Assembly: GCA_951406725.2 (NCBI GenBank)
Contig: OX597820.1
Coordinates: 106,268,001-106,332,000, forward strand
Origin: Octopus vulgaris
Taxonomy: Eukaryota
Direction of reading: 5' to 3'
Length of the DNA stretch: 64,000 nt
The position numbers and the translations under genes are program-made. Each line of letters opens with the position of its first letter. The stretch's first letter is position 1. Of the stretch, positions 53,356 through 64,000 are shown one piece after another. The notes beneath the pieces were generated by a model. That model searched no databases. It worked only from the letters and a program-made list of their open reading frames with translations, and was not told the DNA's origin.

Positions 53356-53737
53356 TGCATGTGTTTGTGTGTGTGTGCATATGTTAGTGAGTGCATTATT
53401 GTCTCCTTGTTTTGATATTATGTGGTATTTGTAAATGAGTATCACTGACATGCAAGAGGTGTCCTTTATTTCCAGTCATCCATAAAAAAACATGCCTGGC
53501 CATGGGAAGGAAATATTACCTTGTTTCAAAACAGGTGAGGGATAGTGGATGGAAGAGCATCCAACCTTAGAAAATCTGCCTCAACAAAATCCATCTAAAT
53601 CATGCAAGCATGAAAATGTGGACATTAAAATGATAATTGATATCTGTTAAATAAGTAAATGAGTGGAAATTTTATAAGTGAATGTGTTTTTAAGTGAATT
53701 ATTTTAAGTGAATTATAAGGCACTAAAAGAGAATGAC

Positions 53738-55203
53738 TCTTTACCTTTGTAGCAGTTGATTATGGTGCTGCTACACCAGTCATTGAGTATGACTCCTTCG
53801 TAAACTACCTGATTTACGATGCGGGTGATTAGACTATAACCGATACCACCAGCTATTTTAAGCATTTCAGTGGTGATTCCTGATGGGCCAGGGGCTTTTC
53901 CTGTCTTTATATCCTTGATTGCTTTATCTGCCATGGAATTGTCAATTCGGGTTGCTGGTCCCTCAATTGGGTCAACCTTTGGCAGACTCTCCTCCTCCCA
54001 CTCATTCTCTATATTCAGCAGTCTTTCACAATGGCAATTCCAAGCCTCTTTCTTTGCAGAACCATTACATGCAAGTGCACCATCATCTGTACAGACACAT
54101 TTCTCTCCTATGACATTACAATTTTCTCTCACACACTGTCTTGCAATCTGAAACAATCTTTGGTCCTCACGTCACTGAACATAGGCAAACATCTTTTCTG
54201 CTTCTTCCTTGGCTAGATATACTTGTCTCTTAGCATCCCTTCTGGCTATCTGATACAGTACCTTGATACCCCCATTCATCCAGGCCTGTTTCTTTGCTCT
54301 AATTGCCCTGTCTACCGCATCATTCCACCACCATGTTACCCTAGATATGGATGGGATTTTGCGCCAGCCACAGATTTGGTCAGTGGCACTCAGCAAGCTG
54401 TCACTCAGGAATTCCCAGTTGTCCTCTATGTAACAAGTCTGTAACTCCTCTTCCCTTTCATTGAATTTCTCAGTTAGGATATCCCTAAATTTCTGACTAT
54501 ACGAAGGGTCTTTAAGCTTCCAAATCCTTCTTTTCCAGATTGGTTTAACTCTTGACATCCTTCTGGTGTGGAGTAAGTCACTAATGACTAGTTTATGCTG
54601 GGAGGTACATTCTTCACCAGATAGAGTCTTTGTATTTAGGAGCATCATACTGTTTGGTGAGAATGTAATCGATCTGGCTAGCACAGACACCTGATTGGTA
54701 GGTTATCAGTGGCTGACTGACTTCCTGAAGTTCGTGCTGCAGATCAAAAGGTTATTTGCATTACAGAACTCCAGTAGCCTTGTTCCCTCTTCATTTTGGG
54801 AGCCAAATCCATGGCACCCATGCACACCATGCAAGATACCAAGCTGCCATCTGACATGCCCATTGAAATCCGCAGCAACGAAGAGATAATTGTCACTCAT
54901 CTTTGAGTTAACCTGCAGAAGAATGTTATAAAAGTGGTCCTTCTGTTCATTTGGTAGGCTCGCTTGAGGGCCATAGGCAGAGATAATTGTCACTATACTG
55001 TCCTGTAAGACTAACCTAATTTTAAGCACACTATCACTCATCCTGGCTACATCTGTGACCTTATCCACCCATTTCTCTGTAGGAAGTATGCCCACACCAC
55101 CTATCCCATCACTTTTACTGCCCAAGAAGATTTTATACCTATGTGTCTTACCTGTGAGGAACCTAGCTGAAGCTCCTCTCCACCGTATCTCTTGGATGCA
55201 ATA
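53738..55203 (-). mobile_element. Decayed RTE LINE 5' half (APE + linker)
   Basis: GVGILPTEKWVDKV, SAYGPQ, ADFNGHV, EECTSQHKLV, GKAPGPSGIT fragments; 3' half absent. Confidence 0.9.
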
Positions 55204-58116
55204 TACATAGGAAGGGCATCAAATTGAAGAAACTCTGCCAGACCAGATTGGAGCCTGGTGCAGCCGCTGGCTCTACAGACTTCAGTCGAACCCTCCAACC
55301 CATGCTAGCATAGAAAACGGACATTAATCGATGATGATGATGATAATGTGTGTATGTGTGTGTACACAAATACGAACACTATAATAAGAGACTCTTGCCC
55401 AAGGTACCATGCAGTGGAAGTGAGTCAAAAACCACGTGATTGGTAAGCAAACTTGTTAACCACACAGCCATACCTGCATACACACGCACACACACACACA
55501 CACACACACACTAATAGATACAGGAATACATCTGAATGTATGTTAGCCAGTTAAATAGCTATTGTGCTGTTATTGCCTTGCAATCTTTTCAGTTTATTCA
55601 AAATATTTAATCAGCCATGTTATCATTTTCAAGTTGAATGGATAATAATCCACCCATATTTATTTGTATTCATTAGCAAATGCGTCAAGGAAACAGTCAC
55701 CACTGTAGTATTATAGTTGCCTGGTACTGTAAGTAAATAGTATGATTATATAGTTGCATAAATATAGAATCATATGATATTATAATACAGTTAGATGATA
55801 ATATGTTATTGTGGTAAGACAATTGGAGCAGTTCATTCATCTGGGAGGGCTGTGGATTCAAATTAGAGCTCATAATAGGGAGACTCTTTCATAAACTTGC
55901 ATAAAACCACCTGTTTTGTGTTGATGGTATAAAATGCACTAGTAGACTCTGGAAAGTGAGTAATAGAAAGAGCATCCAGCCATAAAAATCTTATCAAAAA
56001 GTGAAGCATAGGATTTCTGTAGCAGGTTCTGCATCACAAGTCTAAGAGAGCAATTACTCCAAGTGAGAAGTAATATAGAACTGAAAGCATGCACTCTTTA
56101 ACCTTCTTGAATGAGACAACCTCTTTACAGCTGCTAGTGCAATAAAATGAACCTATCTTCCATTATAAGACATACACAACAAAGGTGATTGGGGTTTTCT
56201 TGTTCTGTTGCTGTGTGTAAGATTATGGAAACTGTCACAGACGATGACCCATCCAACCCATGGCAGCATAGAAAACCTGATAGAAAATTATGACACTGTT
56301 GATAATAAGCTGAACAATAAAAATATAGAATAATGTATCAATTGCTTCATGGTAAAGACATGAAAGCTACATAAAAAGTATTGCATAAAAATACTTAAAA
56401 TGATATCCCATCCAGCCATAAGGGAGATGCAGTTCATAATCATAATAAACTTTAAACCATGTAGTTCAGCCACACCTCCACCTTTGTCCATCAGTTACTA
56501 CCCCTTCACTTCTGCCCCTATCTTTAGTCATTTGTTACTTCGCCCTCATACCCTCTTTTTCTCTCCTATGACCCGCTGGCAGTATCTTCTCTTATGTTCA
56601 CCTTCTTGTACCCTGAGAGTTGCTTTGACACTACATAACCACTTTTCTTTTTATCTCCTCCTCATCTACTCTGACCTACTGTAATGGAGAATACTACTTA
56701 TTAATTAGGTATGTAACAATTACTAAAAGTACTATAAGAAAGCAATTATTAAAGGGTTTACCGTCTGGAAATATTTCTATAAATTCTTGTTCTAAGAAAT
56801 TTCCTATAACTTTGAAATATTGAAAAACATCAATACATGCGAGAGTGATAAAGAAACGAGAAGGGTTGTCTTTGGATGTGCTAGAAACAACAGCCAAATC
56901 ACCCTTAAATCACTCACTTTTTCCTCTGAAAATATTAATTTAAAAAGATTTTTTTACCAAAAATGCTCTTCCCATGGTTTTGAAGTGCAAAAAACAATTG
57001 GCCAAAATATGCCTTGAGTGGGATGATGGGTGTAAAAAAAAAAAAAGAGTCATCAAACAATTTTCAGACAAGGATGCTCTCCAACCCCATCATTTAAAAA
57101 ATGGGGAAAATCCCCCAAAACATTTCCCCACAAATTTCTTTATAATCGTAATCTATGCTATTTGAAGGATACTTGTATAAATTTTCATTAAAAGATACCC
57201 ATCTTCCTGAAAGTTATGAGGGAAAAATATCAGATCATGTGAATTTTCCAAAACTCCTCTCTCCACCCCTTCACAAAAATTCCTTCTCATAAATCCCTAT
57301 ATATTCTGAAGCCATAACATCAAAGCAGTATTTGTAGAAAATTTTGTTAAAAAGTATCAATTTTTCTAGAGGCAACAAAGTCGGAGGGCATATACATCTA
57401 TAGTAATGTCCTTTTATTTATACGATTTTTTCGTTTCATGTTTATTTCATTCATTGTTTGCAATGTTCTCTCTCTTACACATGCACACTGCAAAGCTTAA
57501 AGATGGGCTGTTGAAATGAAATCTTTATGTTGGTTTGAGGTGAAGGTAAAACTTAACAAACAGCTTCTCCCTCTGTTGTTGGACTACTGTGATGTTTGTT
57601 TAAAAAAGATTATGATTGTGATAAAATAATGAAAGTAATATTTACTAAGCAAGTGAGCACTTGTTTACTTTCATTTTATGATATACAGCTATAATGCACA
57701 AAATCCTGTTTTCTGATTGGGTAAATATGATCAAACTTTAAACCTCTGTAACACTTTTCTAAAACTTTTCTGGAATAAATGAATCACAAAATTAGATTCA
57801 GCATGAAAAAGTACATCAATATACCAAATTTGAAAATTTTCACTTAATTTCAAAATTTCAAAATCTGCGACAGCAACAGAAAAGATCTCTCTATTTGTCA
57901 ATGTTTTCATTTTCCGCTTTCCTCATTGTAAACTTCCCCCTTTCTGTATATATTTACCACACTCTCTCTCACTTTCTGTATTGCTCACACTGTGTGTGTG
58001 TGTGTGCTTGTGTGTAAGGAATTTCATTAGGGCAACAAAGTGATTTAAAAAAGTTATGTATAAGATAATCTATTCTAATACCATACTTTTGTTAGTAACT
58101 ATGTTTTTTCTTACAG

Positions 58117-58148
<32 letters not shown>

Positions 58149-58388
58149 CATGCACGTACACACACATGAACATATGTGCATGAACATACACACATGAACA
58201 CACATGTGCACACAGACTCACTTGGTGTGTGATGGGAGTTAAAAATTTAAATTATAAAATGTTTTTTTAGTTTTTGCTTAAATCCCAACAATGGACAACC
58301 ACATCTTCATCATAAAACGTGTTTATGGGGAGAAAAATATTGAAAAACATCAATACACGTCAGAGTGACAAAGAAATAAGGAAGATAT

Positions 58389-58827
58389 GCGTAAGAGTGG
58401 CTGTGTGGTAAGTAGCTTGCTTACCAACCACATGGTTCCAGGTTCAGTCCCATTGCATGGCACCTTGGGCAAGTGTCTTCTACTATAGCCTCGGGCCAAC
58501 CAATGCCTTGTGAGTGGATTTGGTAGATGGAAACTGAAAGAAGCCCGTCGTATATATATGTGTATATATATATTTATATATATATATATATATGTATGTG
58601 TGAGTATATTTTTGTGTGTCTGTGTTTGTCCCCCCCCCCCTCCCAACATCACTTGACAACCGATGCTGGTGTGTTTACGTCCCCCTAACTTAGCGGTTCA
58701 GCAAAGAGACAGATAAAGTACTAGGCTTACAAAGAATAAGTCCAGGGGTCGACTTGCTCGACTAAAGGTGGTTCTTCAGCATGGCCACAGTCATATAACT
58801 GAAACAAGAGTAAAAGAGTAAAGAGTA
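58389..58827 (+). mobile_element. Full-length composite tRNA-derived SINE with internal microsatellite
   Basis: A box tggctgtgtggt, B box ggttcagtccc, central ccttgggcaagtgtctt, internal (TA)/(TG), second module, (aagagta)n tail; partial copies at ~13970, 23300, 27315, 42160, 49330-49845, 52480 and 53045. Confidence 0.85.
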
Positions 58828-59454
58828 TACGAGGTGATCATAGGGTGTGTTAGAAACACCAGCTAAATTGCCTTTGAATCACACACCTTTTCCTCTGAAA
58901 ATTATTCTGAAATTATGAACAGAAACAAAATGTAGATCTGGACTGCCTGTATTTCAAAATTATGATTTTAAAAAATTTGCAAAAGGCTGAAATTTTAGGA
59001 TTTTAAAATTTCATTTCATTTTCTGTTTCAAAATAAAGGAAGTGGGGATTGTAATAGTGATTGCTGATTTTAAAAAAAATTCTTTTTCAAAATTTCAAGG
59101 CTTCTCTTATTGTTTTTAAGTATGAAATACAAAAAAAAGTGTTGGCCAAAATTGGTACTGAGTGAAGGCGGATGTTTTAAAAAATTAATAAATTTTCAAC
59201 TATTTTTTTTTTTTTACTGAAAAGGCATCTCCCATTGTTTTTAAGTGCATGGTGAAAAAAACAGTTTTGACAAAACTGGTCCAGAAAGCAACAGGAATTC
59301 ATAAATTTGCAAAAACATTTTCATAGAAAGCTTCTCCCCATCATTAGCAAGAGTGTGGAGACAAAAACAAATAATAAAATTCCCCTCAAAACAGAAAATC
59401 CAACTATGTGTGAGTGCTATTCCCAAAGTCTCTCAAGGCATTCTATTGTGAAAA

Positions 59455-59484
59455 TCGCCCGGCAACAACAGGATACTTAGCTAG
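59455..59484 (+). mobile_element. Probable Helitron 3' terminus
   Basis: cgcccggcaacaacaggatacttagCTAG followed by T, resembling the terminus at 11410; 5' end not located. Confidence 0.5.
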
Positions 59485-59520
59485 TGTGTGTGTGTGTCTG
59501 TAGATAGATAGCTAGATAGC

Positions 59521-59577
<57 letters not shown>

Positions 59578-59578
<1 letters not shown>

Positions 59579-60150
59579 TGTTTCTTTATTAGCCACACAG
59601 GGCTGCACACAGACAGGACAAATTACGAGGTAGAGCTTTTCCTTTGGGGGTAAAAAAAGGCGGTTTGGTTTTCGATCAAAAGGGATCGTAAAAGGAAAGA
59701 AAGAAGACAAAAAAAGGGGGGGATAAAAATTTTTTTTTAAGGGGGGGGGAGGAAAAAATTGCTCAATAGGGATCGTTATCACAGAAATGTCAATATGAAG
59801 TGTAAAGGGGAGGACAGGTGAGGTTTACCCGTGGAAAGAAAAGCCTACGGAAAAGACCACGGTAACCTTGGTCAATGAAGTCACATGTTATATTTCTTTT
59901 TTTTTTTTTTTTTTTGCAAATAAGCAACTCTCTGTATTAATTTTTACGGTTCATAGAATCATAGTCAAGGTGGCTTCGTCATTCATACGTGCCATCCTTG
60001 CTACATTCACCCATCTTTTTAAAACATTCACTAGACAAAACTTGCCTCTCTACTCTCACTTTCCTCTTCAAGTGATACTTGAAGAAGTTGTCACTTGAAG
60101 AGGAAAGTGAGAGTAGAGAGGCAAGTTTTGTCTAGTGAATGTTTTAAAAA
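59578..60150 (-). mobile_element. L1/Tx1-like LINE 3' end with 60-bp fold-back duplication, within (GATA)n
   Basis: Minus strand reads NFFKYHLKRKVRVERQVLSSECFK then (frameshift) WVNVARM; ends gtgtggctaataaagaaa; perfect arms 60016-60075 and 60091-60150; GATA-type repeats on both sides; clade assignment tentative. Confidence 0.55.
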
Positions 60151-60179
60151 AAAATAGATAGATAAATAGATAGATAAAT

Positions 60180-60212
<33 letters not shown>

Positions 60213-60716
60213 GAGACATGCATGTACGAATCAGTATGGGATGGAGAAATCAGTACATTGAACAAAAGAGACTTGTGGTGGCTTTGTTCCTTTGCACCCA
60301 GTTGAACTTTGTATTCTCTTCATACAAGGTAAGTATTGTGCAGGTCAATATAATCAGTGAAAAACAGTCAAAGGTACGACCTCAGTATTGCTCCAGTGAA
60401 ATGACTGAAGCCAACCGACTGAAGAATAGAAGAACAGCAATGCATGTGTGTGTGTGTTTGTGTGTGTGTGTGTAGTCTGCAGAGGAAATCCAGGGATACT
60501 CAATAGAGAAGACACTTAGCAGTGCTCAAATGATTCAAACTTAGACTCCGATGTCTTTGCAAGGGATCAGTTCAACGGGGTAAGGAATGGCTATAAAAGG
60601 GATCCAGTTGAGCAGATATAGAAGCAATTATGCAGATACTCTGAGTAAGTTGGATCTATTAATATAAATAGCTATATATTTATACTTAAATATTCATCGT
60701 CTGAAAGTCTTTCTCT

Positions 60717-61566
60717 CGATCAATAAGTATCCGGACTGTTGCCATAGTAACAAAGCTAAAGCATGCAAAGTGAAGCTGCTTAGCAAAAATTGACCTTGAA
60801 CTCTGCTGCGCTTGCGCACTAAGTTTTAACTTTCTAGCTCATTTCTGCTGTTTACAGCAGTGCTTGGAAGGAAGGTGTGTAGCATATATTGACCATGATA
60901 GTTGTCATGGCGATACCTGCACAGAGGACTACATAGAATTGCCAAAAGTGTATGGAGAGAAGTAACTGAGCCACACACAAGTGTGCTAGTGGTTCAGATG
61001 TTTTCAAGATGACCGAAAAAATGTCAATATTGACAACCATTCTGGGAGACCCACAACCAGCAGAACTGAGAAAAACATTGCAGATGTGAAGGGAAAGCAT
61101 CAAATCATCATCTGTGAGATATCAGAGGATGTTCAGATTAATTACAGTTCAGTTCAGTCCATTATCACCGAAGATTTGGGTATAAAACGCATGTCTGCCA
61201 AGTTTGTGCCAAAACTGCTTTCAACTGACCAAAAAGACACTCGGGTTTCATTTGCACAAGATCTCCTTGATTGTGTCAAGAATGATAAAAATTTTTTGAA
61301 AACTCTGAGCAGATATCGCCAAGCTTTTGGCAAAATTTGATGCAGATTCTCCACTCAAATTTCTCTGTTACGTTTAATGCGATGATCACATGCTACACAT
61401 CTTCCTTCCAAGCACTGCTGTAGACAGCGGAAGTGAGTTAGAGAGTTAAAACTTAGTGCACATGCACAGCAGAGTTCAAGGTCAATGTGTGCCAAGCAGC
61501 TTCACTCTGTGTGCTTTAACTTTGTTACTATGGCAACAGTCCGGTTACTTATTGATCGGACTATGC
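60717..61566 (+). mobile_element. Mariner deletion derivative with ~175-bp TIRs
   Basis: 60717-60893 is inverted at ~61383-61558; interior encodes a transposase N-terminal fragment (ICEISEDV..IITEDLGIKRMSAKFVPKLLS); catalytic domain absent. Confidence 0.85.
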
Positions 61567-61632
61567 ATACATAATTTGTATTTTATACCCATATATATAT
61601 AGATATATATATATACATACATATATGTATAC

Positions 61633-61711
<79 letters not shown>

Positions 61712-61724
61712 TACATACATACAT

Positions 61725-61962
61725 CAAATAACAACAGCAATCAACTCAGTGGATAGTGATATGCTGATACGCATTTGGGAGGAATTCTCTTGTCACATTG
61801 ATGTTGCCCATGCTACAGATGGTGGCCACATTGAACCCTTGTAAGACAGGAAATAAAAGTTGATTGTGAGTAAATATTTGTGACATAGCTGGAGTTTTCT
61901 ATTGCTTTTCCTTATTAAAATATTGCGTAATGAAATCAGTTCATTCTTATTGAATAACCCTG
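61725..61962 (+). mobile_element. 3' end of a Tc1/mariner-superfamily transposon
   Basis: [29 protein letters not shown] is a typical transposase C-terminus; ends ttgaataaccctg followed by TA. Confidence 0.7.
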
Positions 61963-62038
<76 letters not shown>

Positions 62039-62134
62039 ATCCAAACACGAAAACACAAAGAGAAAACACAACAACGCAAGGACGTGGAAAAGTATAGTAT
62101 TATAGGACGCTCAGGAAAGAAGGAAAGAAGGAGG

Positions 62135-62169
62135 GTTTAAAGTTTCAAGCGGAGCTCTTCGTCAGAAAC
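62135..62169 (-). ncRNA. Minimal hammerhead motif in TA-flanked element ~62035-62260 (family of 21795-22005)
   Basis: gttt-CTGACGA-a-gagc tcc gctt-GAA-actt-t-aaac; shares the cgctcaggaa flank with the 21.9-kb copy. Confidence 0.62.
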
Positions 62170-62256
62170 ATAGGAAAGGGAAAGATCCAAAGAAGGGAAA
62201 ACGGAGGAAAAAAAATCACCAACGGTACACACGTGGTCACATTTTGAATATATATT

Positions 62257-62309
<53 letters not shown>

Positions 62310-63414
62310 CACACACACACATATATATTCTTGAATGATACTTTAACAGTCAGACCTTCTTGTGTAGCCACATAAGAATACAAACAAGAGTATTTGTATT
62401 CTCACCTTCATTCCTGAGATTTTATTAGTTCAACAGATCTTTAAATAGAGAATGGAATGTAATTGAGTTGTGATGATCAAAGAATGTTTGAAATGAATAA
62501 CTGGATCATGGACTAGATCCAAATGAATTAAGAAAACAGCTGGATAGTAATGCTATCAACTAGATTCTGAACAAAAGAAACAAATTGAAAGGATGTAGGT
62601 AGGTGGTGATAATTAGATTAAAAGAATTAAATAAAAGAAATTAGTAGAAGTTGTAATTAGAGACCTAGATTAATTTTCTTAGCATACTGAGTAAAAGTTA
62701 TTTTTTGCTGTGGTTCTTGTGCATTTTATTGGCATTGAATATATTTTAAACATAATGTAGTATCTATAATATCATTTACTAAGTTAGATATAAAATATTA
62801 TGTACTAGCATACATGTATCATCGAAGATGCTGACAGTTTTATTTATGACTAGCTTAAAAGCTGCACTCCATGCAGACTTTTAAGCTAGCTCCTGCAGAG
62901 GTCACATTGAGTCTGCAGCCCCAAATGGAGGCGAGCTGGATAGCATGATTATAATACATCTATAACGACTATATGCCCCGGTGGTGTTTGATCAGAGGTT
63001 AAGGACAGATGTGAATTAATTCTGTAATGCAGTCATTCTATTGTTCCAGTCACAAGTGGAATTCCAACTGTTGGCCAATTTGTCCCAAAGTTTTTATCTT
63101 GACATAAAATTAATGAAGTGAATGTCATTTATCTCTCCCTTGATCTCTGACGTCATTTGACAAACGCCACCAAAATGGCATGAAACCGCCAAGCTTTATC
63201 TGCTAGAAATAGCCAACCAAATGCTTTTAAATCAGATCCCAATGCTGGATGATCAAGAACCAAATGAAGAGGTGATTTTCGAACCCAAGATCATCCTTAT
63301 TCCAAAAAGGTATATGTCTATGTAGAGCAAATGTAGGCTGAGATACAGGGTCCCAGATGGTGGATAGAACTTGGCTTTTATTATTTATAGATAGAAAGTG
63401 GTGCATCAAAATAT

Positions 63415-63639
63415 TACTCTTACTCTTTACTCTTTCACTTGTTTCAGTCATTTGACTGCGGCCATGTTGGAGCACCGCCTTTAATCGAGTAACTCGACCC
63501 CAGGACTCATTCTTTTGTAAGCCCAGTACTTATTCTTTTGATCTCTTTTGCCGAACCGCTAAGTAACGGGGACATAAACACACCAGCATCAGTCGTCAAG
63601 CAATGCTAGGGGTCAAACACAGACACACAAACACACACA

Positions 63640-63680
<41 letters not shown>

Positions 63681-63843
63681 GACGGGCTTCTTTCAGTTTC
63701 CATCTACCAAATCCACTCACAAGGCTTTGGTCAGCCCGAGGCTATAGTAGAAGACACTTACCCAAGGTGCCACGCAGTGGGACTGAACCTGGAACCATGT
63801 GGTTGGTAAACAAACTACTTACCACACAGCCACTCCTGCACCT
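63415..63843 (-). mobile_element. Full-length composite SINE (family of 58389-58827)
   Basis: Reverse-complement match across both modules and the tail. Confidence 0.85.
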
Positions 63844-64000
63844 ACATTGGGAGAAACCATTGATAAATGTCAGCAACCAAGCAAATATATGTAGATGCAC
63901 AGAATTGATGTGCTCAAACAATTAGTTATAATGTTTCTGTAGAAAATAATATCATCTTTGTAATATATATATATATATATACTTATATATAAAACATCCA

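Noticed and set aside
58389-58470. tRNA-like heads with A and B boxes
   Set aside because: SINE 5' regions; no complete cloverleaf, and they continue into SINE bodies

Overview
This is repeat-saturated, AT-rich animal DNA. I found no host protein-coding exon. The repeat repertoire (RTE/BovB-like LINEs with (ATG)n tails, composite tRNA-derived SINEs, abundant (TA)n/(CA)n tracts) suggests a cephalopod (octopus-like) intergenic or intronic region; this is an inference. Identifiable elements are six RTE LINE copies (one near full-length), two Penelope-like element (PLE) relics with RT and/or GIY-YIG coding, a Helitron with both termini, Tc1/mariner relics (DD36E, DD37D-like, long-TIR deletion derivative, MITEs), a decayed R4/Dong-like LINE, a Tx1-like 3' end and many SINEs. 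The main hidden signal is about a dozen type-I hammerhead ribozyme (HHR) motifs from several unrelated short elements, most sitting in or next to (TA)n microsatellites and several in fold-back inverted or partial tandem form. They show palindromic stem III, stem I covariation, and three Watson-Crick variants of the catalytic 3-8 pair (C-G, U-A, G-C). Coordinates were counted by hand and may be off by a few bp. Most ORF-track entries are microsatellite or antisense artefacts.
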